Shown: positions 1 through 7,342 of the stretch, piece by piece
How the letters are laid out: each line of letters begins with the position of its first letter
Numbering within the stretch: position 1 is the stretch's first letter
Assembly (NCBI RefSeq): GCF_009831105.1
Contig: NZ_WUUQ01000008.1
Coordinates: 1 to 32,000 of the forward strand
Reading direction: 5' to 3'
Length of the DNA stretch: 32,000 nt
Source of the DNA: Copranaerobaculum intestinale
Lineage (GTDB): Bacteria; Bacillota_I; Bacilli_A; Erysipelotrichales; Erysipelotrichaceae
Program-made: the position numbers and the translations under genes
The notes under the pieces: model-generated
What the model was told of the DNA's origin: nothing
Database searches by the model: none
What the model saw: only the letters and a program-made list of their open reading frames with translations

Positions 1-241
1 CCTTTCTTCCTGTGTCTGCTCCGTTCTTAACGCTCACGAGCCTTGTAAGGCTCGTGGCTAAACGGAACAGCCCCAGTCAGAAACCTTATTTTCGGTCTGA
101 TAGTCCATGTTTATTCATGCTATCAAAATGAAAACACATCTTTTCTATGCTTACTCAAGCGTGTGATTGACCCTATTGTGCTTAATCACTCTATCTGATA
201 CGATAATAACGTCATTAGAATTACTTGTCAAGAAGTTTTTA

Positions 242-270
242 TTGACTTTTGGACATATATTAAGTATGAT
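242..270 (+). promoter_or_regulatory. Candidate sigma-A type promoter of the XRE-family gene
   Basis: TTGACT (242-247), 17-nt spacer, TATGAT (265-270), about 50 nt upstream of the ATG at 321. A short inverted repeat GTCAA..TTGAC (226-246) overlaps the -35. Confidence 0.4.
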
Positions 271-320
271 ATGCTTATAAATACCAAGAAAAGCAATGAA
301 AGGAGTGTTTATACTAAGTC

Positions 321-956
321 ATGGAGCATTACGAAAAGAAAATCAGTTTCTTAGGAGAAAACATACAGACCATAAGAAAACACAGAGGAATGAAACAACA
401 GGAACTGGCGGACAAAATCGGTATCAATATGCAGAGCCTTTCCAAGATTGAACGAGGTGTGAATTACCCCACCTTTGATACGCTGGAAAAGATAATGGAC
501 GTGCTGGGAGTAACACCCAATGAATTATTATCGGGAGAATGGAAGTATGTTAATCAAGCCGAAAAGGAAGTATGCCAGTTTTTAAAAATTGAAGAACGAT
601 TAAATGCAGAACTGAAACATGGGCATTATGACAACTTCTTTGACAGCGAGGAAGAATGGCTGGAATATGAGTTGGAAAAGTTACGGGAATATATTACTGA
701 CTACATCAACGGGAAAAGCATTGTAGCGTCCGACCTTTACCCAATCAAAGAATTTATCCAGCATTTGAAATTCCAAAAACTGCTAAACCGCTATGATGAT
801 TTATACAGCATGGATATGTTTGGGGAAAGCACAGAGGGACATAAATATAGGACACCTTATCAAGTCGTAAAAATGATAAACCCCAATTCAAAAGAGGATA
901 TGGAACTGCTACGGGAAGTATTGAGGAATAACCATTTTGATGATGAGGACGAGTAG
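321..956 (+). CDS. XRE-family helix-turn-helix transcriptional regulator with an uncharacterised acidic C-terminal domain of about 140 aa
   Basis: 211-aa ORF. The N-terminus IRKHRGMKQQELADKIGINMQSLSKIERGVNYPTFDTLEKIMDVLGVTPNELL is a canonical HTH_3/XRE motif. AGGAG lies at 301-305. There is no HExxH peptidase motif in the C-terminal part. Confidence 0.8.
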   Translation: MEHYEKKISFLGENIQTIRKHRGMKQQELADKIGINMQSLSKIERGVNYPTFDTLEKIMDVLGVTPNELLSGEWKYVNQAEKEVCQFLKIEERLNAELKHGHYDNFFDSEEEWLEYELEKLREYITDYINGKSIVASDLYPIKEFIQHLKFQKLLNRYDDLYSMDMFGESTEGHKYRTPYQVVKMINPNSKEDMELLREVLRNNHFDDEDE

Positions 957-987
957 TTCTTTCTTCTTATGCGAAGATACAGCAAAC

Positions 988-1058
988 AAAAAGCCCAGTA
1001 AAGAGTGCAAAGCACCACCAATGGTGGCAAGGCTCTTGACAGGGCTTTTTCTTTTCTG
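988..1058 (+). terminator. Long imperfect hairpin plus T-rich tail; probable terminator after the XRE gene
   Basis: AAAAAGCCC (988-996) pairs with GGGCTTTTT (1042-1050). The inner stem is CCACCA/TGGTGG (1015-1027). It is followed by CTTTTCTG. Confidence 0.45.
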
Positions 1059-1213
1059 TGGTGGGTAATCAAGAGGAAGAAAGAAAAAGTGTGCATTTTC
1101 CAAGATAGAAAAATATCAAGGGGATATGCTGATTTTTATTGTGGCGGATATATGGAACTGTTATAATATGGATATGAAGAAAGCGACAAATTAGAATTTG
1201 ACGGGGAGGTCTC

Positions 1214-1636
1214 ATGAGGACAGAATATAAACACAATCCGCCCATTCCATATAGTCTGCATGATATGCGAGTCAAAAAGATTATAATTCAAGATCAAACA
1301 ATAGCACTTGAATTTGAGGACGGATATGAAAAACTTACAGAACCTTTTGAACAGGTCGAGGGAAACATCACAATCGAAGGTGTGGATTTTGATTGTACCT
1401 GCGTGATGTTGCAGAGCAAATGGGGAAACTATGGAAAATTCAACGGTGAGAAATTAGAACTGGAACACTTTATAAAGAGATACAAAAACTATAGCTTTGA
1501 AATTGTAAATGAATTATATGGGTATAATCAAGTATTGTATTCTGGTTATTTATCTATCTTAGAAACAGAAGATTTAGTTCAAATGGACATTTCAATTTAC
1601 TTTACGGGCAAAATTATTTACGATACAAAAGAGTAA
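1214..1636 (+). CDS. Hypothetical soluble protein (140 aa), no family recognised
   Basis: ATG at 1214 preceded by GGGGAGG (1203-1209). No hydrophobic segments. Lies in the AT-rich cargo block of the element. Confidence 0.65.
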   Translation: MRTEYKHNPPIPYSLHDMRVKKIIIQDQTIALEFEDGYEKLTEPFEQVEGNITIEGVDFDCTCVMLQSKWGNYGKFNGEKLELEHFIKRYKNYSFEIVNELYGYNQVLYSGYLSILETEDLVQMDISIYFTGKIIYDTKE

Positions 1637-1806
1637 CAAATTCCAGCTTGTAGAACTAAAAATGTGAATTTGTTTGATGTTAGTAATACAAGAATTTGAA
1701 GTTTCAGAGGTAAAGATAATTTATATCTTCATATAAAGGGAAATGTAATTGTTAAAATAGCAAAATCAAAAGAAGTTAAAATTAATTTAAAAAGGATGGA
1801 TGAGAA

Positions 1807-3012
1807 ATGATGCATGGTATTATCGCTGTTGCACTGATATTTATACTTGCTAATTTACCTCAATATATTAGAAAACAGCTAACAGAAAAAATCGCTGATG
1901 AAAGCAGTAAAGCTAAAGAAAATTTACAAACTTCACAATTAAATTTTTTAACAAAGATAGAATGGCTTAGATTCTTTCCATTGAAAAAAATTTTACTAGG
2001 AGTAATTTGGCTTTTTTGCCTATTTTATGCTGTAAGAGGAGTCTTTATGACTATTAACGATCCTCGTGGTATATTTATATTCCTCACAGTTTTATTTTGG
2101 CTCATCACTATTTTTACAGCACGCAAGATATGGCGATATATTAAATTATCTTATCACTGCGTACCTGTATTAAATCATATCAAAACAAAAGAGGAATTAA
2201 AGGAATCTCTACAAGGTGAATGTTTTGAAAAAGTATTGTTTGAGCACAATATATTACGAAAATATTTCCCTGTCCTTATTAGTGAAAACTGGGTAGTTAT
2301 GAACGGTCGTCTTTTTCCAAGACACGGAGTTGAAAAAATATATTATTTACACGAAAGCCCTGTTTGGAATTATGAACAAATTAGGTTTATATATTTTAAT
2401 GGTGAAGAATATCTATCTCCTAGTGACAAACAAACTGCTGATGAACTTCGTCAAACAGAAATATCAAATTTGCTACATAAAATATGCCCAGTAGTTATTG
2501 AAAAAGCAGAGCAAAAAACAAATACATCAAATAAAAAAGATAAATCTATTATTTACTGGAATATGAATTATAAAGGTAAATTTAGAAGAACATTATGGAT
2601 GATACCTTTTGTCATTATCTTATGCATTTTACTGCCACTATGCTTAGGAAGTTCTTGGATTATATACGATATAATTATGGTTGTAATTTTAATATGGCAG
2701 CTTTGGTATACCTATAACAAAATGAAGTTTGAAGAAAAAAACTTAAATGAGATAGATGAAAACAATAATAAAAAATATACGATAGCTATGAAAAATGTTC
2801 ATATGTACGATTATCTTCTTGCAATAAAAGATGAAACGCATATCTACAAAGCCATCATTGAAGCAGTACCTGATGAAAATGATAGCATGATGATTTGGCT
2901 AGATGATTTTAATTTTCCACAAGCAGAGATTGAGGACATAAAAAAAGAAATAGAACTATACTTTAAAGCAAGAAATATTACTTGCATATTCAAAGCCGGT
3001 AAAAGAGCATAG
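1807..3012 (+). CDS. Hypothetical multi-pass membrane protein (401 aa), no family recognised
   Basis: Long ORF in the most AT-rich part of the window. About five hydrophobic helices by eye: 3 N-terminal, then a soluble region of about 130 aa, 2 more around aa 250-295, then a soluble C-terminus of about 100 aa. AAGGA at 1792-1796. A tandem ATG ATG start. Confidence 0.7.
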   Translation: MMHGIIAVALIFILANLPQYIRKQLTEKIADESSKAKENLQTSQLNFLTKIEWLRFFPLKKILLGVIWLFCLFYAVRGVFMTINDPRGIFIFLTVLFWLITIFTARKIWRYIKLSYHCVPVLNHIKTKEELKESLQGECFEKVLFEHNILRKYFPVLISENWVVMNGRLFPRHGVEKIYYLHESPVWNYEQIRFIYFNGEEYLSPSDKQTADELRQTEISNLLHKICPVVIEKAEQKTNTSNKKDKSIIYWNMNYKGKFRRTLWMIPFVIILCILLPLCLGSSWIIYDIIMVVILIWQLWYTYNKMKFEEKNLNEIDENNNKKYTIAMKNVHMYDYLLAIKDETHIYKAIIEAVPDENDSMMIWLDDFNFPQAEIEDIKKEIELYFKARNITCIFKAGKRA

Positions 3013-3029
3013 ACGGAGTGATCCAGACA

Positions 3030-3068
3030 CGGCGGTGGGAAAATCTCTTAGATTTTTTCGCCGTTTTT
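3030..3068 (+). terminator. Rho-independent terminator after the 401-aa membrane protein gene
   Basis: CGGCG (3030-3034) pairs with CGCCG (3059-3063). The inner stem is GAAAATCT/AGATTTTT with a CTT loop. It is followed by TTTTT (3064-3068). Confidence 0.6.
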
Positions 3069-3342
3069 AGTGGCTGGTTCACTTCGGCAGTTGAGCGAGC
3101 TTGCGAGCGAACATCAAGCCCCCGTTATCTAACAGGGGGGTACTATTACAAAAGACAAGAGCAAAAACAAATACAAAACTGCTGATATGCAACGATTTAT
3201 AAAGTTATAAGAACTTATTTCACTTCACACCCTATTCTTTTTACCCGACAGGTCTAAAACAGCATATCAATAGAAAATAAATATAAGATACAAGGTGTAT
3301 GCTCCTATGAGTATATGCCTTTTTTGATTGGAGGAATAAAGC

Positions 3343-4509
3343 ATGAATGATATAAAATTTATTGAAACATTAAAACAAAAGAGAAATGCCTGTGATTATT
3401 CGCAATCACGACTGGCACTGGAACTACAAATCAGCAGGCAGAACTTAAATGAAATTGAAAACGGAAAAACAAAAGCCAGTAAAGAAATGAAACATATACT
3501 TCTACATTATCTTGATTATTGTAATTGTACACAGCCTTTCACTTTAACGATTGACTATCTGCGTGTTCGTTTTCCTACCACAGACGCATTGGAGATTATA
3601 AAAAATGTACTGGCAATGAAAAGCGAATATTTTATACATGAAGATTATGGAATGTTTGGTTATGAAGAACAGTATATCTATGGGGATATTAGTGTAAATG
3701 CTTCTAAAGATAGTTCTATGGGTGTTTTATTAGAATTAAGAGGTATGGGGTGTCGGAACTTGGAATATGTTTTACAGGCAAGAGGGATAGACTGGTATTC
3801 CTTTTTAAGCTGTTGTATAGATTATCAAGGCGTTTTTAAACGTATAGATTTAGCAATCAATGATATGGGCGGATTGCTGGATATAGAAATTCTAAGGGAA
3901 CGCTATTATGCCAACAAGGTATGGAAACGTTCAAGAACCCATGAAGCAGTAGACAGCGGGAAATTATCGGGTACACATGGAGATACTGCAAAAACCTTTT
4001 ATATCGGTTCAAAGAATAGTTCCATCTACTTTTGCCTGTATGAAAAAGAAAAGGAACAAAAAAGCAAAGGTATAAAAACAAACATTAAGAACCGCTTTGA
4101 AATTCGTTTAAAAAATGGAAAAGCAGAACAAACGATAGAACAACTTGTTTTTTCAAGAAATCCCGAACAGACCATAGCAAATCTTATCCTCACACAAATA
4201 GATTTTCCCGATTATATTTTATGGGATATATTTTTAGATAATGTAACGACTTCACTTCCATTTATTATGACACCTGTTGCTGTCAATATGGATAAAACAA
4301 AACGCTGGTTAGAAAGACAGGTCATGCCCTCTTTATTGATGATAAAAGAGATTGAAAAGAAAACAGGAGCAAAGTATCTGGAAGAAATCGACAGGCATAC
4401 AAGACTAACAGAAAAGCAGGAATTAAAAATCAAACAAATGACAACAGATATAGCAGATATGATTGAGAAAGATACCGCTGTTCCACAAAGGAATGACGGT
4501 ATTTTTTAA
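3343..4509 (+). CDS. HTH (XRE-type) domain fused to a Rep_trans (PF02486-type) replication initiator / relaxase
   Basis: 388-aa ORF with GGAGGA at 3330-3335. The N-terminal HTH is DYSQSRLALELQISRQNLNEIENGK. The remainder carries Rep_trans hallmarks: TIDYLRVRFP, GVLLELRGMGCRNLE, RIDLAINDMGG, FYIGSKNSSIYFCLYEKEKEQ, NRFEIRLK. These resemble pT181 RepC and Tn916 Orf20. Confidence 0.85.
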   Translation: MNDIKFIETLKQKRNACDYSQSRLALELQISRQNLNEIENGKTKASKEMKHILLHYLDYCNCTQPFTLTIDYLRVRFPTTDALEIIKNVLAMKSEYFIHEDYGMFGYEEQYIYGDISVNASKDSSMGVLLELRGMGCRNLEYVLQARGIDWYSFLSCCIDYQGVFKRIDLAINDMGGLLDIEILRERYYANKVWKRSRTHEAVDSGKLSGTHGDTAKTFYIGSKNSSIYFCLYEKEKEQKSKGIKTNIKNRFEIRLKNGKAEQTIEQLVFSRNPEQTIANLILTQIDFPDYILWDIFLDNVTTSLPFIMTPVAVNMDKTKRWLERQVMPSLLMIKEIEKKTGAKYLEEIDRHTRLTEKQELKIKQMTTDIADMIEKDTAVPQRNDGIF

Positions 4510-4512
4510 TTT

Positions 4513-5045
4513 CTTCAAAAAATCTGCAACAAAACGGCTACTTGTGTACAGATATGGTGCGAGGAAAGGAAATCTAACTTTTTAAATAAGGTCATAAAAT
4601 CTTCCTTTGGTGTACAGATACGGAATGTAAGAAGAAATTGAAATTTTTTTGAAAAACCTGCAACAAAATAAGACTTCTATTCCTTATATGGTGCGAGGAA
4701 AGAAAATCGAAACTTTTTTTGAAAACAGGTCATCAAATCGGTGGTTGCTGTCCTTATATGGTGTGAAAGAAGAAACTATTTTCATTTTTAACTTAACAAT
4801 CCGTAGTTTCCGTTCCCTATATGGAGCAAAGAAAATCTTTCATTCCATTTTTGGCAGGAACGGTAGTGTATGGGGAGTTAGGGCGTGGAAAGAAAAACAA
4901 TCTTTTTTCATCATCAACTTAGCAAACCGATACTTGCTATCCCTATATGGTGCATGAAAAGAAGTTAAAATTTTTCTATTTCAACTTAGCAAATGGACGT
5001 TTGCTGTACAGATAGTAGTGAAAAAGGGAAAAAGTTTTGAATTTT
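4513..5045. repeat. Array of eight degenerate direct repeats with a 61-70 bp period (iteron-like; function unknown)
   Basis: Cores lie at 4545-4575, 4611-4638, 4681-4708, 4751-4776, 4814-4837, 4866-4898, 4940-4964 and 5005-5033. The core is T(C/G)(C/T)(T/A)(T/C)A(T/G)ATATGGTGCGAGGAAAGAAAAT-like, and each unit is bounded by a T5-7 run. See findings. Confidence 0.8.
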
Positions 5046-5379
5046 AGTTACATTTCTCCTCTTTTCCAACGCGGTATATAGGAAAGATGATTTTCTTCTT
5101 TCAATCGTTCTTTGACAACTGAATAAAGCAATTCAATACGTTTGACAGACAGCGAGCCGTTGAAACAGATACGCCATGACCTTTCCCCTGCAAAAGCGAG
5201 CGATAACCTATCTGTGTTCTTGTAAAAGACTTGTCCTCTTTTATCGCTATGACCTGTGCTGTCAGATAATGATACTCCCGTACAGCCACAGCTTGAGCGT
5301 TCAGAGCGTCGCACGCAATGGGTACGGCTACATAAGAACTATGCAGAGGTGGAACTCCTGTGGGCTATGACAAAAGCCG

Positions 5380-5589
5380 TTGAATTGCTTAGAAAGATTT
5401 TACAGAAAGGGGGTATGTGTTATTGATAATGCTGTAAAAACAATTCAAAAGAAAAATGGCAAGTGTGGCATTGGCAACAGAGGAAAGACAAAGATTGTTG
5501 TAAAAGAGCATTTTTCCGAAAAGGGAAAGACAATGGAAGAACTTCTAACGGATGTCATGTTGGAAAAAGCAAAGCAGACAATCGCATAA
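5380..5589 (+). CDS. TnpW-like small transposon-encoded protein; start codon uncertain
   Basis: The C-terminal part, GKTKIVVKEHFSEKGKTMEELLTDVMLEKAKQ, matches the pattern I recall for TnpW-family small proteins that sit next to clostridial serine recombinases. There is no in-frame ATG near the AAGGGGG Shine-Dalgarno at about 5407-5413. The track start is a TTG with no RBS. Confidence 0.45.
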   Translation: MNCLERFYRKGVCVIDNAVKTIQKKNGKCGIGNRGKTKIVVKEHFSEKGKTMEELLTDVMLEKAKQTIA

Positions 5590-5700
5590 AATCGGTGCAG
5601 TTGTAAGAAATAGATTGAATGACAAAAAGTACCCGTGTTATACTTTACTTGCAAGCAGGTATTGTAAACACGGGTTAGTTATAAAGGAGGATAACTGACA

Positions 5701-7314
5701 ATGAAACAACAGATTTACAATACTGCACTTTATCTTAGGTTAAGCCGAGATGATGAATTACAGGGCGAAAGTTCCAGCATTACCACACAAAGAAGTATGT
5801 TGCGTCTATATGCAAAAGAACATCATTTGAATGTGATTGATGAATATATTGATGACGGCTGGTCGGGAACAAATTTTGAAAGACCGAGCTTTCAAAGAAT
5901 GATTGAGGATATAGAGGCAGGAAAAATCAACTGTGTTGTAACAAAAGACTTATCACGACTTGGCAGAAATTATATTATGACAGGGCAATATACTGAATTG
6001 TATTTTCCCAGCCATAATGTCCGTTACATAGCGATTGACGACGGTGTAGACAGCGAAAAAGGCGAAAGTGAGATTGCACCATTTAAGAACATCATCAATG
6101 AATGGGTAGCAAGAGATACGAGCCGTAAAGTGAAATCAGCGTTTAAGACAAAATTTGCAGAGGGTGCGTATTATGGGGCTTATGCTCCGTTAGGATATAA
6201 GAAACACCCCGACATCAAAGGAAAACTGTTGGTTGATGAGGAAACAAAATGGATTGTTGAAAAAATCTTCTCTCTAGCCTATCAAGGTTACGGTAGTGCA
6301 AAAATTACAAAGATACTGCGAGAAGAAAAAGTCCCGACAGCGTCTTGGTTGAATTTTACAAGGTATGGTACTTTTGCACATATCTTTGAGGGCAAACCCG
6401 AAAGCAAGCGTTATGAGTGGACGATTGCTCATGTAAAGGCGATATTGAAAAGTGAAGTCTATATCGGAAACAGCGTTCATAATCGACAATCAACCGTTTC
6501 TTTCAAAAGCAAGAAGAAAGTACGAAAGCCTGAAAGCGAATGGTTTCGAGTAGAAAATACCCACGAACCGATTATTGACAAAGAAGTGTTCTATCGTGTG
6601 CAGGAACAGATAAAATCAAGGCGTAGACAGACAAAGGAAAAAGCAACGCCGATATTTGCAGGGCTTGTTAAGTGTGCGGATTGTGGCTGGTCTATGAGAT
6701 TTGCAACAAATAAGGCAAATAAAACACCGTATAGTTATTATGCTTGCAGTTTCTACGGACAGTTTGGCAAAGGTTATTGTTCTATGCACTATATCCGCTA
6801 TGATGTGCTATATCAAGCTGTATTGGAACGATTGCAGTATTGGGCTAAGGCAGTACAGCAGGACGAAGAAAAGGTATTGAACAAAATACAGAAAGTCGGC
6901 AATGCAGAGCGAATGCGGGAAAAGAAGAAAAAGGCAAATACTTTGAAGAAAGCCGAGAACCGACAAAATGAGATTGACCGTTTATTTGCGAAAATGTATG
7001 AAGATAGAGCCTGTGAGAAGATAACAGAACGAAACTTCATTATGCTGTCGGGGAAATATCAAAAGGAACAGATAGAACTGGAACAGCAGATAACAAGCCT
7101 AAGAGAAGAATTAAGTAAAATGGAACAGGATATGGTAGGTGCTGAAAAGTGGATTGAGTTAATTAAGGAGTATTCCGTACCAAAGGAACTGACAGCACCG
7201 TTGTTAAATGCAATGATAGAAAAAATCCTTATTCACGAAGCAACAACGAATGAGGATAACGAAAGAATACAGGAAATAGAGATATACTACCGATTTATTG
7301 GAAAAGTAGACTGA
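5701..7314 (+). CDS. Large serine recombinase (TnpX/TndX-type integrase)
   Basis: 537-aa ORF with AAGGAGG at 5684-5690. It has an N-terminal resolvase catalytic domain (ALYLRLSRDDE...SSSITTQR, VVTKDLSRLGRN), a recombinase domain, a zinc ribbon (CADCGW...YYACS...C) and a long C-terminal coiled coil. Confidence 0.95.
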   Translation: MKQQIYNTALYLRLSRDDELQGESSSITTQRSMLRLYAKEHHLNVIDEYIDDGWSGTNFERPSFQRMIEDIEAGKINCVVTKDLSRLGRNYIMTGQYTELYFPSHNVRYIAIDDGVDSEKGESEIAPFKNIINEWVARDTSRKVKSAFKTKFAEGAYYGAYAPLGYKKHPDIKGKLLVDEETKWIVEKIFSLAYQGYGSAKITKILREEKVPTASWLNFTRYGTFAHIFEGKPESKRYEWTIAHVKAILKSEVYIGNSVHNRQSTVSFKSKKKVRKPESEWFRVENTHEPIIDKEVFYRVQEQIKSRRRQTKEKATPIFAGLVKCADCGWSMRFATNKANKTPYSYYACSFYGQFGKGYCSMHYIRYDVLYQAVLERLQYWAKAVQQDEEKVLNKIQKVGNAERMREKKKKANTLKKAENRQNEIDRLFAKMYEDRACEKITERNFIMLSGKYQKEQIELEQQITSLREELSKMEQDMVGAEKWIELIKEYSVPKELTAPLLNAMIEKILIHEATTNEDNERIQEIEIYYRFIGKVD

Positions 7315-7342
7315 TAATGAGGGGGCATATCTTTAACTAAGG

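Larger units (their letters stand above)
1..7340 (+). mobile_element. Right-hand portion of an integrated mobile element (ICE/IME-like) ending in a large serine recombinase gene; left end is outside the window
   Basis: Module order is XRE regulator, AT-rich cargo, HTH/Rep_trans protein, repeat array, TnpW-like ORF, large serine recombinase (stop at 7314). About 25 bp later a host ORF starts mid-domain (7343). Hand counts on sampled 60-nt lines give roughly 23-38 % G+C here versus roughly 45-50 % right of 7340. Confidence 0.75.

Noticed and set aside
1-130. Possible 3' end of a gene entering from the left edge
   Set aside because: All three forward frames stop within 30-130 nt and encode implausible peptides. 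No reverse-strand ORF with a start and RBS is present. I treat the region as non-coding.
860-1275. Minus-strand ORFs 860-1096, 909-1103 and 1069-1275
   Set aside because: They overlap the 3' end of the XRE gene, its terminator hairpin and the RBS/start of the next plus-strand gene. They are low-complexity and have no RBS, so they are spurious.
1-3036. Possible inverted repeats flanking the cargo: CTGTGTCTG..CTCCGT at 10-24 versus ACGGAG..CAGACACGG at 3013-3032
   Set aside because: Only a 9-mer and a 6-mer match, with a 4-nt indel, and other local similarities occur in an inconsistent order. This could be chance. It is not enough to call a nested transposable cassette without an alignment search.
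4649-4957. 102-aa ORF from the track (MKNLQQNKTSIPYMVRGKK...LSLYGA)
   Set aside because: It lies entirely within the tandem repeats, and its periodic sequence is simply the translated repeat. Adjacent units are read in different frames (70-bp versus 63-bp spacing). It has no RBS and a non-ATG start. It is most likely non-coding.
4513-5045. Possible CRISPR array, since the ~65 bp period resembles repeat plus spacer
   Set aside because: The repeat cores differ at many positions, whereas CRISPR repeats are near-identical. The 'spacer' parts are themselves pairwise similar (units 1/3, 2/4, 7/8). T-runs punctuate every unit. No cas genes or leader are present. I treat it as a degenerate tandem, iteron-like array instead.
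5048-5370. Three mutually overlapping small ORFs (88 aa and 62 aa on the minus strand, 64 aa on the plus strand) between the repeat array and the TnpW-like ORF
   Set aside because: The two minus-strand ORFs start at GTG codons, and I see no Shine-Dalgarno in front of the 88-aa one. The sequences have odd composition (Cys/Arg/Ser-rich) and no recognisable motif. I cannot exclude a genuine small gene or an RNA here, but the sequence alone does not support a call.
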